Shown: piece by piece, positions 24,361-38,585 of the stretch
How positions within the stretch are numbered: position 1 is the first letter of the stretch
How the letters are laid out: every line of letters begins with the position of its first letter
Source of the DNA: Cycas panzhihuaensis
Lineage: Eukaryota > Plantae > Cycadophyta
DNA: 64,000 nucleotides
Direction: 5' to 3'
Assembly (NCBI GenBank): GCA_023213395.1
Contig: CM041465.1
Span: 141,119,741 to 141,183,740, forward strand
The notes under the pieces: generated by a model
The model's database searches: none
Told to the model about the DNA's origin: nothing
Seen by the model: the letters and a program-made list of their open reading frames with translations, nothing else
Made by a program: the position numbers and the translations under genes

Positions 24361-24510
24361 GTCTTCATCTGCAATATGACGAATCATATTAAGAGATTTC
24401 CAAATAACCTTTTTCTTTATTCTCTTCAGGCTAGAGTGTTATTGAGGAATTTCTTATGATACATTTAGTGGCAAAGTATTTAAGTCCACAAGTCTCTTTA
24501 GGAAATTTAG
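24361..24510 (-). pseudogene. Captured ER HSP90 (GRP94/endoplasmin, SHEPHERD-like) fragment, antisense to Copia-2
   Basis: Minus strand reads LNFLKRLVDLNTLPLNVS*EIPQ*HSSLKRIKKKVIWKSLNMIRHIADED, versus GRP94 [46 protein letters not shown].ED. Confidence 0.9.
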
Positions 24511-25794
24511 CTCTAGCATATGATTAAAAGGATCATGTCACATAGAGAGATGCACAATTGGGATAATTTGAATGGAAAAGATCATGGAAGAGGGATACCC
24601 ACCCCTTGAGCATGTCTGATTGATAGCTTGATGATCAAGCCACAGAATGCCATCATATAACTAAGATTTACACTTCAAAATCCTAAAATAATTTAATATT
24701 ATATTTATGGCTTTATCACTTTACATTAATGCCATTACGTTTTTGTGTCACCCAATCATCTCCTCCACTTAATCACCCAAATATTTATGATTAATAGTTG
24801 TAGTTTTCATTCTCGTTTTACAACGTAATATGACTTTACATTTATTCAACACTAAAATATATAGTCTTTTTACAAAGTTTTAGTTTGATTTAATTAAATT
24901 GGATTTGTATTTAAGGTCTACAACTCCTTAGTTATTGCATCAGGTGGTCACATGCATTAGGTCTATGACCAGTAGCCAAGATTCAAGGGGGCTTAAGCCT
25001 AATCCTTATATTTGTTTAACTGACAATAGTACTTATCACTATTTCCTACACAACTTTCGAACCAGGTGTTAGAATCAGGTGTCATCTAATCATTGGAAAG
25101 CTAACTTATAGGGCTATAGTTTACAACTAGTTTGAGCTTAGTTTAGATTTATTTATATAGGAGTTCCAAGTTGTTAAAGTTAGACCATTTATTTGACCTT
25201 CTTTGAGCCTTTTCTTATCATTTAAAGGCCTAATTTTAGTTTCTTTTAATATCTCTTGGTACTACATTATGTTATTAGTTATTTGTTAGTTATCCTAATC
25301 TATTTTTTGGACTTACAAGTTCTTGTGGTTGATTTTCCTATAGGTGTACTCCTTGAAGGTTGAGGTGATTCTTCTTAGATCAAGTCCTCCAAAAGAGGTT
25401 TTTAAACCTTTCTTTTTATTTCATTTTCTTTCAAGTTTCAGATTTCTTTCATTAAAAGAAACATTGCTTGTAATCAATATCATTTTTATCTTAGAATATT
25501 AATTAAGATAATTTCCAACTTATAACATCTATACCAGCCTTACAAGGGAAATAATTAAGACCACTAAAGTTACCATCCCACACACACCTTTGGTATTTTT
25601 CTAATTTGCTAAGGAAACCATTGGGTATAAGGTGTATTAGGTGGCAAGATGTAATGAAAAACTTTCCTTTAGTGATTAGAGACTAAGCTAGACCCGAAGG
25701 GGGTGAGTGCCGTGGTTATTTAAGTTCTCATCGCTAGAATTGTAACTAGGCATAAGCCTGGCATAGGTGGATCCACAAATTAAGGGGGTCTTTA

Positions 25795-28700
25795 TGTTGG
25801 AAGCGAGGTCCAGAGTAAGAGGATTATAGGTGAGTAAACATTGCTCCAAAGTAAAAATAAATTTCTAAAAATCACTAGGGAGGTATTCCCATCCTATATA
25901 TAGATTAATTTAGGGAGGCGATAAGTGCCTCTACTTAACAACATTTAAAATTAAAAAATAATATTAAAATATTAAATAATTAATTGAATATTTAGCTTTA
26001 GTGGCTATGCTATCTCCTTTAACGGTTGTTGGCAACTACTTGATGATGCTAGGTGGCCGGAGGTAACCTAGGGAGGCCCAAGGTGGCATTGAGGGGCCCT
26101 AAATACACATTTGCATAAGTGAATTAGGCATTATCCTAACATTCTCCTCCATAATGACTAATGTGAAGAACCTCCAATTTATCTCTAAATTTCTAAAATT
26201 TGATTTTACCTAATACTTTTGTGAAGACGTCTATTGTTCAGTCTTCAATTCTATAATATGTCAATTTAATCTCTCCTACTTGTACTAGCTCTCGTATAAA
26301 ATATTATTGTATCTTAATATATTTTATTCTACCATAGAAAATAGGGTTCTTTACCATATGTATTATACTCTAATTGTCACATCAAATTCTTATAGACCCT
26401 TTCTATTTTAGTTAAAAGTCTTATAATCATCTTCTCAACTATACTATTTCACATGCACTAACAACTACTACTTTATATTTTGCTTCAGTTGTAGATAGGG
26501 AAACTATATTTTATTTCTTAGTGCTCCATGTTATAGTTGCCGAACCCATATTAAACATGTAACCTGAAGTTGATTTTCTATCATTAATGTCACTTGCCTA
26601 ATATAAATATGTATAGCCTATCAATTAGAAGTTTGATAAAGCTTTATAATATAGCCCATATCCTGAAATGCCTTTAAGATAACCAAGAATTATTTTGGCT
26701 GCTTACCAACGAGTAGTCTTTAGGTCTTACATGAATTTAAATACAATGTTAATTGAATATGTTATGTATGGTCAGGTGGATGTTAAGTAGATCAAACTAC
26801 CAATTAGTTGTCTATAGAGTGTAGGATCAATTGGTGGGGTCATCAGACTTTGAAAGCTTAATTCATGTTTCTACTGGAGTTGCCAATGATTTTTAATCGG
26901 TCATCCTAAACTTTTGTAATAGATCCAAGGTATATTTCCATTGGGAGATGAAGATGTCATTTTTATCTTATCATACCTCCAAACTTATGAAGTAATACAT
27001 TAATCCCAAATCCGTCATTTCAAACTCCTTACACATGGCTTCCTTAAAGTTTCACAAAAGATGGGAGTTATTCTAATGTAGACAAGATCATCTACATAGA
27101 TTCCTACAACTAGGATAAAATCTCCCTTTATTTTGATATAAAGATTTGGGTTTGCTTGAGATCGTTCAAAGCCTTAATCTCTAAAGTATTTGCCAATTTT
27201 GACATACCAAGCCCTGGGTACTTGTTTTAATTCGTAAGGTGCCTTTTTGAGTTTGTACACTTTGTTTTCTTCCCCCCTGACTTTAAAACCAAGGGATTGA
27301 GATACACAGATATCTTCTTCAATATAGCCATTGAGAAAAGCACTTTTGATGTCCATTTGATAGACTTTCCATCCTATTTGGGCTGTCAAACTTATCATCA
27401 TTCAAATTATTTCTATTTGAACAACATAAGTAAATGTTTCATTGTAATCAATGCCTTCTTTTTGGGCATAACCTTTGGCAACCAATATAGCTTTATATTT
27501 ATCAATTGATCCATCAGAGCAAAACTTGGTTTTATAGGTCCACTTAGTGTCAATTGCTCTTTTATTTAGAGGTAAGTGAACCAATTCCCAAGTGTCATTT
27601 TTAACAATGGAGTGGTATTTGTCTTCCATCACCTTCCTCTAAGAAGCATGTGTATTGGCCTCATCAAAAGTTTGAGGCTCATGGGACTCCAATACGTTAC
27701 TCATGAGAGAAAAGTTTACCCTATGTGGGTGAGTGGATCTATGATTGTTATCTAAAATGTTACCTATATCATGATTCTTTTGAACCCATTTTGGAAAATT
27801 TTGTAGTGAAGGTTGAGAGGAGGTTCCCTCCCTACTTGGTTCATTGATGAATTGCTTAGAGTCAAACATAGAGGGGCACATATTTTGATTTGGTGGACTT
27901 GTCAAAATTGATTATTACCTCTTTCTTCTTTTATTAAGTATCACAATAGCAAGAATCTTCTTGAAATTTAACATCTCTACTTAACATGATCCTCTTTGAC
28001 TTAGGATCATAGACTTTGTATGATTTAGAAGTTTTACTATAGCCAAGAAATATGCACTTGATACAATATCATCCAACTTAAATCTCCTTTAGTCAGGAAC
28101 ATGTGCATAAGCTAGGTACCCAAAGACTTTTAAGTGATGTATATTTGGCTTATAGCCTATCCAAGCTTTTTCTGGTGTCTTCCACCTTAGTGCTTTGGTG
28201 GAGCACTTATTGAGGAGATGGATGGATGTATGAACTACTTCTACCTAAAACTCATGGTCCAAGGTTTTATCCTTTAATATATACCTTTCCATTTCGATAA
28301 TAATATGATTTTTTCGTTCTACTACACAATTTTGTTATGGGGTGTAAGGATTGGTGAACTACCTTCTGATCCCATGATGTACACAATATGCTTTAAATTC
28401 GTTAGAGATAAATTCTTCCCTATTGATGGATCTTAAAAAGAGTAATTTATTCCCACTTTATCGCTCCACAAAGGTTTTCAAGTCAATAAAATATAGAAAT
28501 GCATCCAATTTGAATTTAAGGAAGAATACCCATGTCTTCCTAGTGTAGTCATCAATGAATGTAATAAAATAACATGCACCTGCTAATGAGGGGACATCCA
28601 TAGGACCATAAACATTTGTATAGATTATCAAAAGTGGATTAGTTGCCCAATAATTAAAATTTAGAAGGCTTTCCCTATGTTGTTTACCAAGTAGGCATCT

Positions 28701-31045
28701 TTCACATATAGTTTTATCCACTTCGATGTTAGGCAACCCATTAACCATGTTCATTGTTTTCATTAGGGCCAAACTGTGTTAGTTAAGGTGTCCAAATCTC
28801 TTATGCCATAAGTCACTTAAGGCTTAGGTATCTAATAGGGCAAGGACCAGTTTAAATAGTCTATCTTTAGTCATTTTGCCTTTTACAATAATTACCTTAT
28901 TTCTCCTCTTGTCCTTGATTGTACACTTGTCATTGTTAGAGATGACCTTATAATCCTATCCCATCATTTACCCTACTGATAATAGATTTTTCTTTAATGT
29001 AGGATCATACAATACATTATTGTGATATCTATACTTTTATAGCTATCATAAGAGCTATGTTTCCTCTACCAACTAATTCATGGGATGTATCATCTCTAAA
29101 CATTATTGAACCTCTTTTGATTTTGTCCAAGGTAAAGAATAGATGTTCCTTATGAGTCATGTGGGCAGAGGAACTCGAGTCAATGTACCAACTATCGTCC
29201 TCTTCTTCTTTGGCACTGGAACTAGATAGGAAAAGTCTATTATTATCCCTTATTTCTACCATGGTATTTGCACTCCCTTTAGTAGGTGGCCCATGTTTTG
29301 AAAAATATTTGTCTTCCATGTAACCACTATGATGATAATAAGAGTAGTATAGGGACTCTCTTCTCCCATAACTTAAACTTTGACTTTGTAGATGAGTTCT
29401 TTTAATGTGGGAAGGTCTTCCCTTTTCCTCATAATGTGGAACTAGATTTTTCCTTTGTCTATTATTGTAATAATCCTGATTTGATCTTGTAGCTTGGACA
29501 TTTCCTTGGCAATTGGAGCAACATAAGTATCCCTCATATTGTTTCTTCTATTTTAGATACCTAGGGGGATTCACATTTCATTAGTTTCCTCCATGTGTCA
29601 TTTGATGTGGAGCTTGGTATTTAGGTGGATCTTGCCATAAATCCCTTCTCTTAAGAGATGATTCTCTATATTTTAATATAATCACTTGAGAGTGAGATTG
29701 AATCCTAATCTTAGTAGCAAAGGCATGCTCAGATGATTCATTTGCATTCTATTACTCTTCAACTGACATCAACATGGAACTTAGTTGTTCCACCTTTAGT
29801 GTGCTTAGATCTTTAGAAATCCCTATACTTGTTGCTACCATTTTAAGCCTTCTTACAGCTCTTACACACCTTAATATTATTTCCATTACTCTTTGCTATG
29901 TCAATATATCTCCAAGCGATCTCATCTAGTTTACTATATCTTAGACTTTAGTCATGAATTCTGTTATAGATTCTATTGGCATCATTCATAAGTTTTTGAG
30001 TTTACTCTTAAGGTTTTAAAGCTTAGATAATATAGCTCCTTCATAAATTAACTAGAGGGTATCCCATACTTCTTTTGATTTAGTTGACTCACTAGCCTAT
30101 AGGAAAATATGATCTTCTAATGCATAGAATATAAGGGCAAGTGCTTCATTGTGCTTTTTAATATTTTCTTTGTATGATGCCTTTTTAACGTTAATGGCAT
30201 TTTGTCCTAACTTACTGTAGCTTGTTTTCATAATCTCCCATATGTCATTAGCAATAAGGATGGGTATTATCCTCCTACTCTAGTTTAGAAAAGTATTACC
30301 ATCAAATTTAGGGATTATCATATTTCTGAAGCTTGATGCCATCTTTTAGCTAAGTTTTTAAAAGAACGATAGATAAAGTAAGGCTTTCAAAGGTTTGATT
30401 TTAAAATTTAACCCAAGAAGTAATGTGCAAAGTTTTACCTATGGTTTTACAAGTGTCCCAATCCCTAATAATGCTTTTAATCTCTAAGTCCAAGGGTCTC
30501 CAAGGAAAACCCTTGATTACTATTCTTTCTAGTGGCACCTACCCACAAGTGGCAAAATAGGGACCTAATATACTGGCACATGAGCTCAAAGCTTAATATA
30601 CCTCAGTATGCAGGTTGCTACAAAGGTTGTTACACCCCTGAGTTATTGGTCCACCTACTTCAGACTTATGCCTAGTGATAGATTTAGTGGTAAAGGTTAA
30701 ATAATCAAGGCACTCACCTTCTCCAGGTCTAGCCTTAGTCTCTGAACTCTAATAAAGGCTGGTTCTCCATCTTAGTATGCCACCTAATATATTTTATAGC
30801 CAATGACTTTTCTCATCCAATATAAGTAGGCCAATTGGCGTGTGCATTGTGGTAACTTTAGGGGTCCTAATTGTTCCCCTTATAAGGCTAGAAAAGATGT
30901 GGTTAATTCGGGATTTATCTTTTTTAATGTGAATTTTTTTTTTTAATTGAATATGGTCTTTCTTAATCTCTCTAAGATTCCTTTTATTTAAGAAATAAAA
31001 ATGAATCAAAATAAATCTTTTAAGAAATACAAAATATATATCTCA
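25795..31045 (-). mobile_element. Nested Ty1/Copia (Copia-3), 5'-truncated, related to Copia-2
   Basis: 3' LTR at about 25795-26141 (starts TGTTAGGATAATGCC after PPT GGAGGAGAA), gag-pol 30342 to about 26155, leader to about 31045; no 5' LTR seen. Confidence 0.85.
26155..30342 (-). pseudogene. Copia-3 gag-pol remnant
   Basis: MASSFRNMIIPKFDG, protease WYIDSSSSAHM, integrase YFITFIDDYTRKTWVFFL, RT YQMDIKSAFLNG. Confidence 0.9.
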
Positions 31046-31276
31046 AATGAATGATTAGCCCATATATTGGAGTATATAGAGCCTTTAGCTCATGTATTAA
31101 TATATAGGATCTCTAGTTTGCCACTTGTGGGCAAGTCCCACTAGATAGGATAGTAATCGAGAACTTCCTTGGAGACCCTAAAACTTAGAATTCTAAAATA
31201 ATATCCATTTAGATAGATAAAACACAAGCATATTTATATTTTTTAGGTTACATTTTTCAAGGCAATTCTTCTTTCA

Positions 31277-34200
31277 TAGTGGTAAAAAATCTTGAGAATA
31301 TTATCATACCCTAGTTTGATGACTCAAATTTTCTTAACTAGAGTAGGCATATAAGGCTTATTTTCATTGTAAAAGGTATGTGGGAGCTTGTTAATAAGGG
31401 ATATAATAAAATAAAAAATACCACCACCAATGATATAAAGACAGTTTATAAGGAGAATGCTAAAAAGGATAATGAGGCATTGTCACTTATATTCTGTACT
31501 CTAGAGATCATATTTTCTCTAGAGTAAGTAAAGTTACAAAAACTAAGAAAGCTTAAGATGCCCTCAAGATAATTTATGAAGGAGCGACATCCTCTAAGTT
31601 ATAAATACTAAGGAGTAAATTTAAGAATCTAAGGATGGCACCTAGGGAAGATATAAATGAATTTATCACCAAGGTGCAATACTTAGTGAATCAAATGAGA
31701 TCCTTAGGAGAAGTATTAAGTAAATAAAGAATTATGGAAAGGATTCTAATATGTGTTAGATAAATCAAGAGATTTGAAATGGTTGTAACTAGCATTGAGG
31801 TATCCAAAGACCTTATTACTCTTCACATTGATCAACTAAGTGTTATGCTCGTAGTTGTTAAAGAAAAGAAAGAGGACTATGAGTCACTTGAGCATGCCTT
31901 TACCACCATAATAAGAATAAGACAAAATCATCGAGGATAAAGTTCTAAGGGAATGGACCAATCCCTTAAAGGAAGAGGGAGAAACCAAGGGCAACACTTA
32001 TAAAGCTATCAAGAACAAAGCAACTTCTAAGGTCAAGGAAGTTTTCAAGAATCAAACCAAAGTAATTAAGGACAAAGTAACTTCCAAGGTCAAGGAATTT
32101 TTTGAGGACTAAACCAAAACTATCAAGGACAAGAACAAAGGTATTTTTAAGGCCAAGGTCAAGGCCAATACTTTGAAAGAGGTAGAGAAACTTTTAGAGG
32201 AAGAGGAACCTCTAGAGGTAGAAGTTAAAGACAATGAAGAGGAGGAACTATTCAATGTTTTTTTTTCTATAAAATTAGACATTTAGAAGAAAATTTCTTT
32301 GCCAAAAATATTAGTACTTAAAGGGGCACTGGCAACACTACAATTGAAGATAAAGGAAATGATAGACTTTTTCTTTCAAGTCTTATGGATAATAAGGAGG
32401 AAGATAGTTGGTACATTAACTCAAGATGTTCAACCCACATAAGTCATAAAGAAGAAATTTTTAAAGACATTAATAAGTCTAAGAGAGAAAAAATCATGTT
32501 TAGGGATAATACCACCCATGCATCTCTTGGAAACTACAATGTATCCAACATTATAGAGTTAGGAGAAATTAAAACTATAAATGATGTTTTACATATTCCA
32601 GCTCTAAAGAAGAACCTACTCTCAGTAGGCCAGATGATGGAGCAACACTACAAGGTCATCTTTGATAATTATGAATGTATAATCAAAGATAAGTTAAAGA
32701 ATAAAGTAGTTGTAGCAAAGGGATAAATAACTAATGATATATTATTCAAACTAGTCATTCCTTGATCAAATACTTATGCTTTGAAAGCTTCAATCAATGT
32801 TGATAGTGATACGTGGAATAAGAGGTTTAGCCATGTAAACTATAACATCTTGTCATTAATAAAAAGTATGAAGATGGTTATTGGACTACCCACTATAGAA
32901 GCACACAAAGAAATTTGTGAAGGGTATATTCTTAAAAAATAACACAGAGAAAGTTTTTCAAATAATAGCTATAGGGCTCAAGGACCTCTTTAGCTGATTT
33001 ATATAGACTTATGTAAACCTATGGATGTACCTTCATTAGGTGCTATAAGGTACTTCATGACTTTTATTGATGACTTCACTAGAAAGACTTGGGTATATTT
33101 TATCAAATTTAAATAAAATATCTTTCAATGTTTCATTAACTTCAAATCCTTGGTTGAAAAATAAAGTAACCTTAGAATTCTTACCCTTAGATTAGATTAT
33201 AGAAGAGAATTCATTTCAAATGAATTTAAGGAATATTATAACTACTATTGTATAAGAAAATAGCTCACCAAACCTTATACTCCACAACAAAATGGAGTTG
33301 CAAAAAGAAAAAATAAAACTATTATTGAAATGACAAAAAGTATGCTTAAAGATAAGCAAGTCCAAATGAAGAAAGACCTTTTACATTTAATCAAAGGGTT
33401 CCAAAATGGGTTTAAAGAGGTCATGATCCTTTAAATATTTTAGATAACAACTTTGAGATAAGGTCCACTCACTCTCATAGAATTAACTTTGCCTTGATGA
33501 TCCAAGTAATTGAATTAAATGAGCCTCATAACTTTGAAGAGGTTAACACAAAATATGAATGGAAAGATGCTATAAAAGAAGAGTTTAATGCCTTAGTTAA
33601 AAATGATACTTGAGAATTAGTTGATTTGCCACTAAATAAGACTATAATTAGAATAAATTAGGTCTATAAGACCAAATTCAAATTAGATAAAACAATCGAT
33701 AAATATAAGATAAGATTAATTGCTAAAGAATATGCACAAGTTAAAGGTATTGAATATAATGAGACATTTATACCAGTTACTAGAATAGAGACAGTTCGCC
33801 TAATGATAGGTTTAGTTGCACAAGATGGTTGAGTAGTTTAGCAAATGGATGTTAAGAGTGCCTTCTTAAATGGGTACATGGAAGAAGACATTTATGTCTA
33901 ATAACCCAAAGGTTTTGAAGTAAAGGGGGAAGAACATAAGGTTTACAAAATCAAAAGAGCCTTATATGGACTCAAACATGCATATAGATCTTAGTACTCT
34001 AGGACTGATAAGTACTTTAAAGATAAAGGATTCTAAAGGAGTCAATCTAATCCTAATTTCTGCATTAAGACAGAAGGAAAATCAACACTCATTGTTGGAT
34101 TGTACATTGATGACCTTGTTTATACATGCAATGATCCTCACTTATCCCAAATATTTAAAGAAGATATGTGTAAGGAATTTAAAATGATTAATTATGACTT

Positions 34201-35050
34201 ATGTACTACTTCTTAGGCCTAGAAGTTTGGCAAGATGAGAATAAGATATTAGTTTTCCAAAGAAAGTATACTTTGGACTTATTATATAAGTTTAATATAA
34301 GTAATTGTAAGGCACTTCCTACACTAACCAAAGTTAGGTTAAAATTATCTAAATATAAAGAATCCACATTGGTTGTTCCTACTCTTTATAGGTAATTGAT
34401 CAATAACTTGATTTACTTAACTTTGGCTCAGTCAAACATCATGTATGTAGTGAGTGCAGTCTCTATATTCATGCATGAGCCTAAGGTATCCCATTGGTAA
34501 GCAACTAAGAGGATCCTTAGATATTTAAAAAGAATAATTAGTCATGCACTTTATTATATGTCATTGAGAGACTTCATGTTAATTGGTTACATAAATTCTG
34601 ATTAGGCTGGATGTATAGATGATAGAAAATCTACATCAAGCTACAACTTTAGTTTAGGTTCAACAGTAATAGCTTGGAGTTCAAAGAAATAAAACGGAAT
34701 ATCCTTATCTACTATAGAAGTAAAATACAAAGTAGTGGTAGCAAGAGCCTGTGAGATAATTTGGCTAAGAAGACTACTCTAGGTTTTACAAGTAAAATAG
34801 GATGGCCTTATACAAATGTTATATGATAATCAAAGTACCATATAAATGACTCAGAATCTGATATTTCTTTACAAAATGAAATACATTGAAACTCAATATA
34901 ATTTCATTAGAGAATTAGTTCAGGTAGGTGAGATTGAGTTAACCTATTGTAGCACAAAAGAGTAGGTGGAAAATATTTTTACTAAGGTACTTGGAAAGAT
35001 TAAGTATAATAAATTCAGAGATAAGTTGGGTGTCTCCCCAAATAAACATT
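31277..35050 (+). pseudogene. Copia-2 gag-pol remnant
   Basis: Gag with a Q/G-rich tract, protease WYINSRCSTHI, integrase FIDDFTRKTWVY with an internal deletion near 33360, RT QMDVKSAFLNG, RNase H. Confidence 0.9.
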
Positions 35051-35373
35051 ATGGAGGAGAAATATTGGATAATGCCCATTTACGTACATAACAACATATA
35101 ATGACACATAATGGTATATAACAATACATATCAGCATGGGACTTTGTAAAGCCAACCTAACCAAAATAATGTCATTTGACAAGTTTTATTAATGGTGTTT
35201 TTAAACACTAGTTAGTGGTAGATATTGGGCTTCTGCTCAACTTCTGATTATTTATACAAGGGGTTATAAGACCCTGGTGTTCTTTAACATTGCCATTATG
35301 CCAAATTTTTGTTTGATATTCTTCTTTTCTATAATATTTCGCTTCCTTTGACTCCCATTTATCCATCAATGAG

Positions 35374-38300
35374 TACTGGGATACTTAATCTCATTAAAAG
35401 AATAATAATAAAGGTAAAAGAGAATAGAAAATAAACTATGATTTAATTGCAATGTGAAATGAACCTTATACCACCATAAAATTTATAGGAAAAGATAAAT
35501 ACAACTATTTATAATAGTAGTAGTAGATGGCCCTTTTGAATATAGTTCAAAAGATGAAATGGATAAGGCACAACAACTAGCAATAGACTCAAAACATTTC
35601 AAGGTATCTTTAATAGTCGTGTTAAACCCATAAGGGGAAGACATATTGAAAGCAAATGGGTTCATAAATAAAAACAAAGTAGTGGACCTTATAGATTAAT
35701 GAAGTTGACATAACTAGCAATAATGCAAATATTGAATGAGGGATAAATAGGTTACATAGAGAACTTATATTTGATGGAAGTAGTAATATAAGAAACCAAG
35801 AAAACTAAAATCTTAGAGGTGACAACTAATAAGGAAATAAAGAAAATATTGTAAGACCAAGAAATTTTATTTTAGGATCCATCCTACACCCTCCCATTAG
35901 ATATAAGAATCGAACATAGTATTTGGATCCTTCCTAACCAATCCTCAACTATAGAAATTTTGTGACAATATAGTCATAAGTAAAAATTAAAATTGTAAAT
36001 TCTCGTATAACAAGCATTTAAAATAAGAGTGGTCACAAAAAGCAAAAATCTATATGCAACACTTATAATATTATGTAGAAAAAAGATTAATTAATATGAT
36101 TATATGTAGACTACAAGACCTTAAATAAAATAATAATTAAAGATAAATTTCCTATGCTCATAATAGATGGCATTCTAAATGAACTATATGGAGTACAATT
36201 CTACTTTAGACTAGATTTATGATAAGGATACTATCAAGTCCTAATTGTATAAGAAGATTGACACAAAAGAACCTTATATACTCATTAAGGACATTATGAA
36301 TTCAAGGCCATCCCTTTTGGATTGGTTAATATTCCAGTAAGTTTCCAAGACACAATGAATAAAATGTTTAAAGCCATCCTTATAAAATTTATCTTGATAT
36401 TCTTTGATGACATTATGGTTTTCTCAAGATCATAAAGTTTGCACTTGATGTATATTAACATCATGTTAACCATCATAGAGGAAAACTAGTTCTACACAGA
36501 ATGTTCTAAATGCACCTCTATGAAATAAGAGTTTGACTACTTAGACCACACTATAATAGATAATATCCAAACTAAGAAGATTCTTAGGCCTAACCAGATT
36601 CTATAGAGGTTTCATAAAACCCTATACAAGCATAGCAACTACTATAACAAACCTACTAAAGAAAACCATATCCATGTGGAACATACAAGAAAAAATAAAA
36701 ACATTTGAAGCACTTAAACAAGCAATGATATCAACTCCAATACTAGCAATATCGAACTTTAACAAAATATTTGTGTCAGAACGTGATGCTTTATGTACCT
36801 ATATCATGAAAATCTTAATGCAAAAGGATCACCTAATAGAATTGGAAAGTAAATGATTAAATAATAGAGAAAAATGAATACCCATTTATAACAAAGAGAT
36901 GCTACCCATAATACATACCATGGAAAAATGATAAAAATATTTTCTAGGCAATAAATTCATAACTAAAAAGGATCATAGTAACCTTGAATACTTATTACAA
37001 AAGCTTAAATTATTAGATAGCCAATATAAATAGATAAATAAGATTTAAATATTTGACTTTGACATTATTTATAAAAATGGATAAAAAAATATAATAGCAA
37101 ACACCCTATCTAGAAAGCATGATGAAGCATAAATATTAGGCATGATAGTATTTAAACTAGGCTAGGCAAAAGAAGTTCAAGAACAATACTAAGACAATCC
37201 AAAATCTACATTAATCATTGTTAAAACTAAAGAAGGAATAAAAAACCCTAGTTGGGAATATAGGAATGGAATCATTTTTCATAAAGACTACGTCTTCATA
37301 CCATAAGAAACCCTTTTTATAAATAAAATATTACAAAATTTTCATAATGTCCCATCTACATAACATATTGGAAGAGGAAAAATATACACTAACATAAAAA
37401 ATTCCTCACATTGTATAATAATGAAACAAACAATAGAAAAGCATGTGATAGAATGTGACACATGCCAATCCCCCCCAGAAAATAAACCCATTCCCACATG
37501 TGGTCTGCTGCAACCACTTTCCAAACCAAATAGTAAATGGTAAGATATATCAATAGACTTCATTATAAGAATTCACATGTCATATGTGAAAGTAGTAAAT
37601 AGGCCAACTAAGTATGCCCATTTCAAGGTAAAACATAAATAAAGCACATAGGATGTAGATTTATTCACAAAATACATATATCATTAAGACAAAATTCCTA
37701 AGAGAATTGTTAACAATAGGGACCCTAATTTCATAAATAACTTTTGGAATGAATTCTTTTAAATTATAAGCATAATAATCAATATGAGTACAACCTACTA
37801 CCCCCAAAAAAATGGTAAATAAAAGCAAAAAATAAATGGCTAAAAGGATACCTTAGGAACTATACTAATGATAAACAAAACATATGGAATAAATAGCTTT
37901 ATTTAATCAAGTTTTGGTATAATGTAACATACAAATTAGCAAATAAATGATACCATTTATGGCATTTTATAGGTATTCCCCTTCATTAATCAAACAATGC
38001 ATAAGCATAGACACTAGAATCCATATAGTGAAAGCATCTCTTGAAGAAACACAAAACATAATGAGAGTATTAAGAGGTAATTTAGTAACTACAAGAAACA
38101 AAATGAAATAAGATGTCAATCAACATAGAATTGAAAGAACATTTATGGAAGGAGAAATGATTTTCATATTATTTCAACCATATAACCAATTATCAATAAT
38201 AAATGGGGGTAAAAAAAATAGTGTTATATGTTTATGGCCCATTCAAAGTTATAAGAAAGGTTAGTGATATAGCGTACTCTCCTGATTACTTAATAAGGTG

Positions 38301-38585
38301 CAAATACATGATGTATTTCACATACCATGCCTTAAAAAAAATAGATAATATAAAATACATAAAACTAAACTCTTAATCTTGGATGAGAAAGGTAAAATGA
38401 TCCTTAAGCTAAAAGGCATTCTTGAAATAAGGAAAAGAAACTTTGATATAGGATAATAAGGGACTATCTAATTAAATAGAAGTTCCTTCCTACTAAAGAC
38501 TCAACATGGAAACTAGAGGGCTTCACCTAAAGTCATTACAACCTCCCTAAGTATTGAATGCAAAGATCCTTAAGAGGAGAGGGCG
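35374..38585 (+). mobile_element. Old Ty3/Gypsy (chromovirus-like) pol remnant: RT, RNase H, integrase, chromodomain, PPT
   Basis: PMLIIDGILNELYG, FFDDIMVFS, FEALKQAMISTPILA, CDTCQ, YLIK*KFLPTKDSTW; GAGGAGAGGGCG then TGTAGT at 38586. Confidence 0.82.

Larger units (their letters stand above)
23003..35368 (+). mobile_element. Full-length decayed Ty1/Copia element (Copia-2) with a nested antisense Copia
   Basis: LTRs 23003-23307 and 35063-35368, perfect TSD ATGAG, degenerate PBS TGGTATTAGAAC at 23310-23321, PPT GGAGGAGAAA before 35063. Confidence 0.93.
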
